A stretch of 63,854 bases of DNA, filler included, from Choristocarpus tenellus KU-1152 (lineage: Eukaryota > Protista > Phaeophyceae), in assembly GCA_964200185.2 (NCBI GenBank). It is 10 parts of 10 records of this genome, joined end to end, with 100 filler letters (N's around TTAATTAATTAA, not from the genome) between each part and the next. Parts side by side here need not be neighbours in the genome. Positions count along the whole stretch, not along the records: positions 7,445 to 12,592 come from CAXNAD020011711.1; positions 12,693 to 16,790 come from CAXNAD020016222.1; positions 16,891 to 35,193 come from CAXNAD020000565.1; 7 more parts are not named here. One strand, 5' to 3'. Below are positions 11,001-22,959 of this stretch, in pieces. A program made the position numbers and the translations under genes. Within the stretch, counting starts at the first letter, position 1; the number at the start of each line of letters is the position of its first letter. The notes beneath the pieces are model-generated. The model was not told where the DNA came from. It was given only the letters and a program-made list of their open reading frames with translations, and searched no databases.

Positions 11001-12592
11001 CACTTTCTGTCCTTCAGATTTTAGAGACTGCACCCCTTGAACCTACCACACAAAAAGTAGAAACAGAAACAGGTGGACCAGCTCCGGGCTCATTCTTGGG
11101 TGGTGGGAATAATACTGAGGATACCATCCTTAAAGAGGAGTTTCCAGAGGGCCTGGAGCCCTTCTTTTGCCCTGAGCTACCAGCAGATGGGAGAGGCGTG
11201 CGCGCTTGTGGGGAGGGGAATGTTGGGGCAAGAGACTGCAGAGGGGGTGGGGGCGGGGTGGTGATGGGGGGCCTTCAGAACTCTGGGCCGAAGTTGTTTA
11301 CTTTTGTGGCGCCTGGAAGGAAAGGGGGAGACATGCTCTATGGGGCCTGTATTTTCGTCTATAGGTGGGCTAGAAAAATGTCTAATCTAGGCCAGGCTCT
11401 AAGTGAAGCTAAGGGTTAGATAGGATTTGAGTTAGGTGGAATGGGGTGGGGGGATAGACTGGAGCTTCCTGTCAACACTTCTATTGAGGAGTATGGTGCC
11501 ACTATTATATTTTTTGGTTAACACAATAAAAAAATATGTTGGTAGAAGAATGCTGCTGGTTGTTTGTTTCATTTATGCAAAACTGTGTGCATATTGGATT
11601 TTGATGCCAACGCCTATACCATTCGAAAATTTCTCCCTTTTTTTTGCTCTTGGTGGTTGAAGCAATAAAACTTGGAAGGTTTTTTTGTCCAAGCATATTA
11701 TCGAGTTTTTATGCTCGTAGATCATTTTCAAACCTTTCCAGTGGTGGACATGACACGCTCACCTCAATCCCCTGCAAAACATAAATCAACTCCTGTATGT
11801 CTGTCTCCTTGGAGGTGTTGAGTAGTCCTCTCTGTATCCCTGGCCTCTTGTGCCCTTCTCTACTGTCAAACCCCTTCATGTTTTCCATACCTTTTGAAGC
11901 AATAATTGTTGTTATTGTCTATTTACAGTTTCCTTTTACAACTCATTTTATAACAGGCACCAATCTTTTGTCTGCTGCTGGCTCCCCCTCCCCCCCCCCC
12001 CTCATCCTCCACTTATTTTGGACCCTATCCCTGCATCACACCGCTGTGATGGTGCTAACTGTCACTGAAACTGCCACAGGCTTCCAGTTCATCACGTGCA
12101 ACAGGAACCTGTGACCCCACTCAAAAACAAAGTCAGTACCAACAGTCAAGGAGGGGCTGTCAAAGAAACAAAGCAAGAGATTCAAAAGAAGGAACTCTTC
12201 TCAGATATGGAGGGTCCTGCTAATGATTGGCAGGCGCAAACGACAAAAGCCGCATCTCTGAAAAAAAACAAAATAGATGAAGCAGGTGGTGGGATTGGTA
12301 GGGCGGTGGAAAGGGGAAGAGGAGTGTTGACAGACAATAGAAGGCCCGATAGCAAGCCCGATAGCAATAGTGGGGCTGTGAGTCAGGTGGCTCCTGTGTT
12401 ATTAGGAGGGGAAGAGGATGATGCTGCTGCTGCTATACAGGAGGGTTCTGGTACAGGTGTGGCAGGGATCGGCACTTCCAACTTTGGTGAGGTGGCTGTC
12501 GATGAAGGAGGGGGGGGGGGGAAGGAGGGGTATGGGTGGTTGGGGGGGGGCCAGGGGGTGGAGGGGGGGGCAGCGCCCTCCCAGGGGGGCAA
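8040..12592 (+). CDS. Multi-exon, low-complexity protein with a putative uDENN-like segment (partial)
   Basis: Exon-like ORFs at ~8040-8790, 9390-9889, 11019-11413 and 12106-12592. FPEGLEPFFCPE...KLFTFVAPGRKGGDMLYGACIFVYR resembles the uDENN pattern (FCFP...FTFV...YG.C). Exon boundaries are approximate. Confidence 0.5.
8868..9030. repeat. 18-bp minisatellite (~9 units) with a 54-bp higher-order period
   Basis: Units CATAAGATTTGGATCTAT / CATAAGATTTGAATCTAC / CATATAATTTGGCTCTAT repeat as a trimer. Confidence 0.92.
10637..10709 (-). pseudogene. tRNA-derived sequence (SINE head or tRNA pseudogene)
   Basis: The minus strand has an A-box-like TAGGTCAAGTGG, a B-box GGTTCGAACCC and a T-arm CCGGG-TTCGAAC-CCCGG. 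The acceptor stem does not pair. Confidence 0.7.
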
Positions 12593-14779
12593 NNNNNNNN
12601 NNNNNNNNNNNNNNNNNNNNNNNNNNNNNNNNNNNNTTAATTAATTAANNNNNNNNNNNNNNNNNNNNNNNNNNNNNNNNNNNNNNNNNNNNCGAAAACC
12701 CCCCCACCCCCTCCCCCCCCCCCCCCCCCCCAGATACAATGACCCAGAAATCAACCCCTCTCAAGTCAAACTTAGCACTTCATCCATAGAAATATGGGTG
12801 AATTGCAAAAGATCGAAAAACCGGGTTATAATATAAACGGTCAAAACCTGGGTACCTCTCGTGTACTTTGGCTCATTCTGGGCCAACCATCCCCCCAACA
12901 TTGTCAACAGAAAATTGTTGGCAAGCAGAAGGAAAGGGGTGGGTGTGTGATGAAAATGACCGAATATCTACCGCTTCACATCTAGTGATAGGTGCTACTC
13001 TGGTAATGTCTTACTATACTGTCAATACTCTTCTTGCTTTCAAGGACACACACAGTAGCAAGTAGAAGATAAAGAGCCAAAGCAAACAAGACGTACCCGT
13101 TTTTGGCCGTATTGCTTTTAATTCAGTTTTTCAATCTTTATCAATTCAGCCATCTTTCTATGGATGAAGTTCTAAGTTTGTTTTGATAGTGTTGATTTCT
13201 CTATTGCTTGAAGCTATTCGACAGAATTCAGAATATTTCCTGCACACATAGTTTTTAAAAAGTCGAACTTTGCGCACATCTTGTTTGCTTTGGTTATAAA
13301 CAGTATTGCTCCTAGCAAGGGCACTTACTAGTTGTGGCAAAGTAGCTGCCAAGATAACATGTGAACCATGGCACACACAAGAGATAGATGTACCGCTAGC
13401 ACCAGGGTGCTTGTTGTTATTACACCTACTTTAGAAGCAAGATTATGTTTTCACATGGTGCTCTTCACATCGTTCTTCCATATTCAAGGTGCCCACCGTT
13501 CAATTTTGAATACCCGCTCACTGATACCCTGCCAAGATATGTACAAAAAGAGTCAAAGTACCTTAAGAGGGTCAAGCCGCGTCCATTTGGGTGTCAAAAT
13601 CCAATGTTGCAATTTTGATATAATTTTGGCTATCATATTTGTTAGGAGATGTCATTATCCTTATTCCGGCCACACCTTCTCATAATGCATACATTTTACC
13701 TACTCTCAAACATTTTGGAGTGTGTAAAATGTCATTAAAAGCCGGTGGGAAGCCAAGGCCCAAATGGACAAACAGGGAAAAACTCATACCCTCTAAGATA
13801 TTTTCAGTCAAAAATACTCGTGCTGTATTTTCTGGAATACTCCTGTGTGATGATGACGTACAATATGTCTTCAATAAGAAGACACTCCCGCCATAGGTGC
13901 AAGGTTGGTGTTATTTGTAAAATGGTTTTTTAGCTTCTTCGACGTAGTACTGTAGTTAGAAATCAGAATAAGTCATCGTGGGTTAAAACGTACACCAGAG
14001 TGCGAATCCGATTATCTGCACCGCAACTACTACCACCTCCGTGCATGCGTGAATTGTTTCTCACGGGTCAGGTTGAGCCCTCCCTCTTACAACTTGTTGC
14101 TTGACTCCATCTTCTCTCTCGGAGGTTTTATGGTGCCTAATGGGAACCTAGGAACTGCTTGCTTGACATGCAACATTTCTCCATGGTGAAGTAGGCCGCT
14201 TCTATTTCTCTACATTCTGCCACTTTCTAAAAGTTATGGGCCGTGGTTTTTGAAATCTGTAACCAGGATATAAAAGTGAAAACTTATCTCAACGAACTTT
14301 GACACAACTTTGCATGACCTAGATAGCATACTGTACTACCACTTCTATTACACAATGTTGAGAGTTTGTGTTAAAATTATTTAGAACAAGATATTTGAGT
14401 CACGAAGTGTTACAATATGTTAAGTGTGTTTTTGACTGGAGAGTTACAAGGCATGGCAAATACCTTATTATCCGTATTATGCGGTAGAAAACATTTTTGG
14501 GATTGGGGCAGTGTTACAACAAAACGTAGCATATTATGCGGTGCGTAATTTGAACTCGACTCTGACCCATTATATCTTAGAAGTGATTGTCTTAACTTGA
14601 AAGGGTCAAAATAGACCCCAATCTAAGATAGCATGGCTCTGTAATGGGACACAACGATACCTAAAGTAGGTTTTTGCCTTCGAAATGTAATGTCAATTAC
14701 GGTTTTGCCATGTAACACGATCATAACAAATTACTACTACCACTTCGGAGTAGTAATCAAATGTTTTTTTACATAGTAT

Positions 14780-15030
14780 TTATTATTATGCCCGCTGACA
14801 TTTTGGAGTTGTGTCGGGGGGGAAACCAATGAAAACAACTATTCACATGTCAGTTTAAGCCCTAAAGAAATAAAATATATCACAAATATGAAAAACATTC
14901 ATCTATTTGTTATTCCACTACTATGTATGTTGTACCACGGACTTCCTGCGCCTCCAATCTACCTATTCCTGTGCCTCAGGGTGAGGAGACAGGGAGGCCT
15001 CCCAAGAATCCAATAAACTCCTTCGTGCCC
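14780..15030 (+). mobile_element. Short derivative carrying the terminal sequences of the YR element
   Basis: 14781-14878 matches the reverse complement of 7039-7132. 15001-15030 (CCCAAGAATCCAATAAACTCCTTCGTGCCC) resembles the reverse complement of 7291-7320. Confidence 0.75.
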
Positions 15031-15836
15031 AGCTCCCGGGTGACTCCAGCTTAGAACGCATGACAAGTCTAGACAGTGCCACTTGCGTAGTTACTGAGAC
15101 AATTTGGCGCAGCCAGGATTTAACTGCTCCTTCCTGCTATATCCTCCAGTTCCTCTCCCCCCCACCATATGTGTAGCCAGCTCATCTAGGAAGCATTCCG
15201 CTTACTTGCGGACGGACACATAGTATTATACTTGGCGAGCTTTACCGTTGAACAGAAGAAATAAATCAGCCAATCATGAACCTCTATTCTTCTTCCTTTT
15301 CTCTTTCCTTGTTTTGGTAACACTTGCTTGATGCATGCTATATAGCTGCCAGTACAAAAATCAAATGGCATACCATCATCAGACGAACACTGCTACTAGG
15401 AATATATTACTACTGCACATCTACAGGCTGGCCTGATCAAAAAACGCCAAAAATATTCAATCGCTGTATTTTCCCGATATACTTCCACCTCATTAACGCC
15501 CAGCATATCCACGTTTTGGTGGTTATATGAGGAACTCATCCGTATTCGTTGATGAAGTAGTTAATTCGATAGGTAATAGTAGAGCGGAAGCGTTTCTATG
15601 TATTAATCAAGATATATTAGGAAATTGGAACTGTTATAATTAAAAGAGTTGACGATCACCTGGAGATAGCGAGGCTGGGCCTTCAGGTGAAAGGTTTCAG
15701 CAGACTGAAGTCGCTCATATTGGACATGGAAACAATAGGGCAGGAGATAACCTCCCCAGTTATTGTGGCTAGTCGCAGCAGCACGTGGCAACAATGTCTG
15801 GGGGATAGCAGAGAGGATTCTTCGATGGGTGCACCA

Positions 15837-16018
15837 GGCTCAAAGTATCTGGGGGGGGAGGGGGGGTCTACACCAGGGTGTCCATTTGGGGCCTGACCAG
15901 GTAAAGTGCATTAACATTATCCATCCGACACATGCAATCAAATCACTCAAAAATTGTGAAATGAAAAAAAGGGCCTCAAGTGGACAGCGGTCATCTCCCC
16001 CCCCAGATACTATGAGTC
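15837..16018 (+). mobile_element. MITE family A, full copy with TSD ACCA
   Basis: TIRs GGCTCAAAGTATCTGGGGGG ... CCCCCCAGATACTATGAGTC, flanked by ACCA on both sides. The internal CTACACCAGGGTGTCCATTT is shared with other copies. Confidence 0.85.
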
Positions 16019-16896
16019 ACCACTTCTGGAAGACTAGGAAGGGGGAGGACAGAGAGGGAGTGAATTCTGATAGAGGAAGATCTTGCCCAAAAACTGCTGA
16101 AACTCCTCCTCGATCAGAAGCAGGGGCCTGTGGATTTTACATGGAAGTACGTCAACACATAGTTATTTGGGGAGGGGGATGGAATATTTGGTCAGGGATG
16201 GTGTTTTGGGAGTCGATGGACAAGAATATGTAGAGAGAATGGCAGGGAGTGTGAAGAAGGTGTACCGCAATATTTCTTGGCCTTGATGTTCGCTATCTTA
16301 TTAAAAGCTGGCAGTATTTGTCCTTATCTTTTCTTATGGCTGGTTGAAGTTGCAGCTTGTTACGTCTGTCTATCGATGATAGTTCGTCTGCTCATTTGTT
16401 CGTGTTTTTCCGAGGCTAAACTTCACAATGAAGTGCACACACTTACTAATCTGGAGGAATACGCTTGTATCCAATTGCACCCCGAAGTTGAATGCGGCTA
16501 GTAAGGATTGTTAGATAGGACAAACTACTTTGTACATAACATAATTCTCCACTAAATGGACCCTCATTGACAAAAAAACGAACCACAACTATTGGACCGA
16601 AGTGTCATATCCTGCTACAATAGTACAATGTGGGATACCACCTTTATTTACACCATGATTCTCATGACTCGCCCACATACACTCTTTACCACTCTCCCAG
16701 AGAGTCAAAGTATCTAGGGGGGGGGTGCCGGCGTCCGTTTTTCACCCTTTATTCAATTTTCACGTTTTTGGTGTGATTTGGTCGCACGTGNNNNNNNNNN
16801 NNNNNNNNNNNNNNNNNNNNNNNNNNNNNNNNNNTTAATTAATTAANNNNNNNNNNNNNNNNNNNNNNNNNNNNNNNNNNNNNNNNNNNNGGGGGG

Positions 16897-16961
<65 letters not shown>

Positions 16962-17604
16962 GGGGAGGGGGGGGGGACAATGGGGGGTGTCAAGGACAAG
17001 GAAAGCACACCTACTTGGGAGCATTCAAGCACTGCCGAAGCACAAGCTGGGGGTTGTGGTGGGAGGCATCTCTGCTGAAATGAAGGGTAAGACACATGGT
17101 GGGTTTCTCAGTAAAACTCTGCCTAGATTCTGAGTACTGTTATTTCCTCTCATCCAGATACTGGTGGCAGTGTGTGGCAAAATAGAGCCTGGTGCCCCAA
17201 AACACAGGAAAGGTGCACATAGTAGAAGAGGGGGAAGAGAGGGGGGCATATGTACAACAAAAAAACAACAAAATACATTGCACAGAAGGAAAAGAGCATG
17301 GCTAAAAACTAAGGACAAGAGACAATACGGACTGTGGCATGTACAAAAAACCAGTACACCCCACCTGAGCTCTCCTTGCCAATTTCAGAATCCAGATATC
17401 ATGCTCTAAACAAAAGCCGCCCTCTCAGAATCTAACCCTGGTGCATACCATCGTCTCAAACCCAACCACCAACATCAACCACTAAGCCACATCCATTTAC
17501 ACCTACAAGACACTCCTTTTTCACCCTTTCCTCCTTTGCCATTCCCCTTTGCACATATTAATATACATGCACTCAAAAATATGCACACATATGCACACAC
17601 ACAC

Positions 17605-20600
17605 CTCCTCTGAACGCAGCTGTTCCAGCTTAGCCCTGGCACCAGTCAGCCGCCTCTCCACCTCAGCCATTTCTTCTCGCTCACGTCCACTGCGGGTTCT
17701 TGCCTCAATTTTGAGTTGCTGATACTCCTGCTCACACAACATTCCCACAGCAGAGGGGCACATAACATAGGAGGGGGGCAGTATACATCAAATATATCTA
17801 CACAAATGTATGTGCGTGGCATGCACACATGCCTCTGTGGATGCGTGTTTGCAATGATGGAGTACTGGCAAAGGATGTAAGCCCATGCATATTTCTCACG
17901 AGGGTCAATGTATAATAATACATACACAACAACAACAATGTGCATTGGGTTGTTATGCGAGTAGAGACGAAAATGATTGAATGTACAGCAGGCACTAATC
18001 AGACCTTTACAGGAAGAACAGTCTTGTCAAAGAGGAAATAAAAGAAATTCTGAAAGGAGCTCCACACAAAATTCCATACCAAAACATCCCCACAACACCA
18101 CACTGTACAAACAGCACATCTCGCCTCCTCCCTGGCATCATCGAGGCGTGTCCTTTCTCCCTCCCTTTGCCTTGACCTCTCTGCTGCCTCTTCTCTGGAT
18201 TGGATACCCTCTATCTCCTCCTCCAGGGAGGCCACATTCTCCCGTTGCCTGTTGCTGTCCAGGGCGATCTTTTTCATAGCTTTTTCACTCTCTGCAACCT
18301 GCATGCACCCCATGCCACAATTGCCACCGACGTGCCATTGTCAGCAACATAAACCAGAATAGTCAAAGCAACAATAGTGTCAGGATGAGTCTGCAATCAA
18401 TGACATCAACATAAAACAAGAAAAAAATAACAATGGAGTAAAATAAAAACGATTGAAGGTAGGACAGATATGTTAAAAGAAAGGGTGGAAGACACACCAT
18501 GAAGCAAGATTCGTAGCAAAAGACACTATAAAAATATTAACATTAATAGCCACAATAAGGAATGTCCGTTTGAGAAGCACATCGATTGTACTTACAGTAT
18601 TTAATAGTTCAAGGATGAAACAAATTAGTGGACTTCCCATCAAATCTGTCCTCTACAATAGGAACTGTGACATTTATTGGAAGTAACCTGAGGCACAGTA
18701 GTGTAGCAACACAAATAGCTTAACATAATCCTCCATTACCTCATCTCTATCACTACCAAAACCACACTACTCCACCTGAGTTCCCAACCCCCCTAATCTA
18801 CCTGTCGTTCAAGGGTCTTGATGCCCTCACGCAGGTTGATGCCTTGTGGGCCCAGGCTCTGAAGCTTACGCCGTTGTGTGTCCAGCGCGGCCTCTGCTTG
18901 CCCAAGCTTTCGATTCATCCCTGCAAGCTCTTTCTTCTTTGCCTGGGAACCGTCACACCCCCAGTGAGAATGGATATAGATTTTGTGGAGGGGTGGGGTG
19001 GGGAGGTGAAGGAGAGGAGGTGAGTGGAGAGGTGTTGGGTAAGAGCATTGTTTTGATGCTTAAGTATGACAGGGCAAGGGGTCTTGACATTACAAGGAAA
19101 ATGTACAGGCTTCAGCAGTGCAGAGGTCACGGGTATTGCTTTTTCATGAGGGTTAGATGGGATGCAGGGTGGGCAAAGGGTGACACAAAGAGTGAGGTGG
19201 ATGAAGGCAGAGGGAAATGTAATACTCAGCCCAAGGAAAATGTTTTTGTAGAAATACTGGGTGGGGAGGGTGGAGCATGGGAAGATGGAGTGAGTAAACT
19301 GTCAGGAGGTGCTAGATGGCGAAAATGGTTGGGCTTTGGAGTATTACCATGACTAGGATGACCAAAGGCAGTTGGGGTGATGAATGATTAGGACAATACC
19401 AAAGAATTGTTTAACCCACACACCTCTCACTCCGAAGGCATTGGCACACACGGAACACTGCTCCGGGTGTGTGGTGCATTTCAACCTTTGAGATTCATGA
19501 TGGTGACTACTACTCGTTCTTAGGAGTAAAAAATATTTTATAATGTTTGAAAGTCAACATTTTTGTCTGTCAGTAGTGTCCTCCTAAAGTTGGAAGAGGA
19601 GACAAAACGGCAGGAGGAGTATGTGACCAAACCAAACAGTACCATGGTCTTTAGATATTATTCCCTCCTCCTCCTCCTCCTCCTCCTCTTCCCCTTCTTC
19701 CTCCTCCCCCTATTTCCCTCACAACACTTTCCGTAAGCCCATATGTGATTCCTTGTCATCACCTTAGCATCAGAAATCTTACGGCCACAATTTTAATCTA
19801 AATAGTAAGACCTCTCTATACCCCAACAAAAGATACCCCATTGGTACTTCCCATCATGGTCGTATAAGTATTCTAGCTAAAAAAGCTGCACACATTCAAT
19901 TGCCGTCAGTTCTATCCCACACCCTTCTTGCCTTGAGGATAGCATCTGCCGCTTTTTCCCTTTCCTGCACCTCAGCAAACTCCTCATTCATGAGCTCCAA
20001 ATCCTCTTGGTGTTCTGTCACTTCCTATTGCCAAAAATAGACACAAACTTAAAAAATCCGCTTTGAAGTATGTACATATATATATACATGGACACATGCG
20101 CTCTACACACTGGAAGTAACCTCTTGAGTCAAGTTTAGATCAAAAGTAAAAACAAATTAAAATTAGAAATAGAGCTAAGATAGAGGTGGTGTCAAGGACC
20201 ACGACAAGCACAATATACACCAATCATACACCTTATTTGGTGCATTGAGGCAATAGGATGCATGTGTCCAGTAACATCCATACTCCCTCGATCTATTTGT
20301 TGATCATGTTGTTACACATATTACACCTATTTCCATACAAGATGTCAACATAATCTGGAGCAGAGACCACATGGTACTGCAATAGGTGAATGGGAGGAGG
20401 GGTGCAACGTACAGATAATACTATGAATAGCATCACTGCACAGGTGGTTATAGATGATGAAGAGAGAGAGAGAGAGAGAGAGAGAGTCCAGACATGGTAC
20501 AACCCACCACCTTTTCCTGTTTTGATGAAATGATGTCTGAACATAAGGAAGTAGGGGCGGAACTAGGCGACAAGTAGTTGGGAATCTAGGTGAAATTTAT

Positions 20601-22959
20601 CACTACTTTTGGGCAGATGAGGTATGACCTTGGGTAAGGAAAATAATTAAATGGGTGAAAGGAGTATTGTTCAAGGATAGAGTTGTGGCTCAAGAGTGTG
20701 GGGGTGAGCACAGAAATCATGGGTGGGAGGGGGGTGAGAGAGCAGTGTAGGGTGGAGAGGGGAGGTGAGGGGAGGTGAGGAGGGATTGGAATCAGTCAGT
20801 ACCAAGAGTGAGGAAGATAAAACATAGGTTTGAAATGATATCGTATAAATATTCACATTTGTTTTGTCCCCTGAGTTCGGTACCTATGCCAAAAAGGAAC
20901 ATCACATTGATGGCACCACATACACGCTTATCAAGAAGGATAAAAAATCAAGTGAAAGAAGGGTGTAGGAAAAAAAGTGGGTGCAGGGGAGGGGGGAAAG
21001 GCAGGAGAAGAGACCTTGTCAATATGAAAGAGCTGTACAAGGTAGCTTTCAGTCTTGAGATCGTCCAGTTCCTTGAGTTTCTGTTTGAATCGCTCTGCTT
21101 CCTCCTTTTGTTCCTTCACCTGGTGCACAACATACAAAATAGCAATGACACAGAAGTATCAGCACATCTTACATGGGAGTACACCATTTCAAAACAAGAA
21201 ACACAAAAAGACAGCAATGCCCTTCGAATACTCAAGACTACTTACCCCCCCTCCACCCCTCCTGCCAGAAAAACACTTGACCCAAAGAACGCACCTGCTT
21301 CCGTTCAACTTGGTATCCCTTTTTCTTCTGAAAACTGAAGATGGTATTCTCTTCGGCAACATCCTTGGCCTTCCTGAGTTCCTCATACTCTGCCCTGTGT
21401 TATGAGGTTAGGAATTGGGGTATGGAGAGCCAAAAAGGAACCAAGAAGTGGGCAAGGGAAGAGATTGTCGTAGGTTCAGCCTGCATGTTCAGGTTAAACT
21501 TAGGGTCGGTATGGTGGCACTATGCAGCCTGTTTTGGTGAAGTCGACACGCATAAGCCATGTAGTCAACTGTGTGAATTTCCTGTATAGATGGGCACCTG
21601 CTTAAATAATTGTACCAAGCCACTTGGAGATACATGCATTTGAAAAAATGAATTCAATGTCGTATTTTCAGCAACCCTCTCTTTTAAAAAATAAAATGAG
21701 CTTGAGACAGAAAAAACAGTGTGTGGGCATGTCTGCTTGTGTGTTTGTGGTTATGCCCTGTAAGTCTTTCCCTCTTGAAAGAACTTTCCTGTCTCCAAGT
21801 AGAACTGCCCCCAATCCCTCATTATATCCTACCATCGACTACACTTCCATCTCTGCTCTCACTTGAACTCATCAGAACCACTGATCTGCTCAAAAAGCTG
21901 TGTCAGCTCCTTCGGAGATTTGGATGCAATGGACTCAACATCTCCCTGAAATACCAGGAAGTTGCGTGCTTTCACCAGCACCCCAATCTGACGCAGCATT
22001 TTCTCATAAGCATCCCAGGAGACCTACACAGTTGTATAGGTATGTCAGCATTGCAGTAAACAGGGTATGGTCAGGGCAAAGACAAACCTACTTCTAGGTA
22101 CTGCAGTGGTCATGATGAGGTTCAAAGTTGTGGAAGATGAAGGGAAGAGTAGTGCCTGGAGCGATAGGTGTAGAAACGGAGAACACACTCAAAATTAGGT
22201 AGCGATCCCTTTGAGGGTGAAAGGAAACCAAAAAAATGACCAACAAATCTACCTTCATCGAGCTAGGATCAGCTTATCGAAGGTGATTTCAAGCTTCAAA
22301 GAGCCCGCAAAAAGATGGGAATTTTCCCTCCTTTCCTAAACATGTCAAAAAAGCGCGGTATCTTCCCTCTATTCATGATACGCCTGATACTGAAGCAAAC
22401 CTTCTATGCTGACGCACATCCATCTTTCGCCCACCAATCTGAAGGCTCACCTCCTTGTCGTCGAGACGGTACGAAGACACACCGGCACCAGAAATGACCC
22501 TGCTGAAGTGTATCTCATCTCCGTCCTCAAGACCATCCACCTCCCCATCTGCCACCATATAAACGACCTGACTCGATACAAAAATGGTAATTGGTGTAGC
22601 TGATCAGGTACAAGAGTTGGAGTTCTTCCTGGCGAAGGTTCACCTAGGTGCAACTGGAGGGCAGCACGCGCCCCATGATTCAAGAGAGAAAAACCACATG
22701 GGAAATTTCTCTTTACCTTCACCATCGCTCGGCGTCGACTCGGGACGGATCCATCCGCTCGGAACACTAAGTCGCTCAACTTTTGCGAGCGCAAATGACG
22801 TGACTGCACCCCCAGCACGAAGCTAATGGCATCCATAAGATTGGATTTTCCTGCGCCGTTCGGTCCGATGATGGCTGTGAAGTCCTTGAACGGTCCAATT
22901 ATCTGGGCTCCAGCATAGGACTTGAAGTTTTCCAGCTCGATGCACACTAGCCGACCCAT
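17605..22959 (-). CDS. SMC1: Cohesin subunit SMC1, N-terminal head and first coiled coil (9 exons; truncated by the contig gap)
   Basis: [17 protein letters not shown]...[21 protein letters not shown] (Walker A) and [42 protein letters not shown]. Exons 22959-22717, 22567-22451, 22023-21863, 21394-21295, 21119-21015, ~20024-19933, 18942-18802, 18298-18125, 17728-17605. Confidence 0.95.

Noticed and set aside
16835-17024. Poly-Pro/poly-Gly ORFs at G/C homopolymers (also ~51500 and ~59240)
   Set aside because: Low-complexity runs, mostly at contig ends, with unreliable length.
17090-17450. Further SMC1 exons containing stop codons (possible pseudogenisation)
   Set aside because: I cannot assign these segments to SMC1 confidently. 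The nine upstream exons are intact and the gene is cut by the gap.
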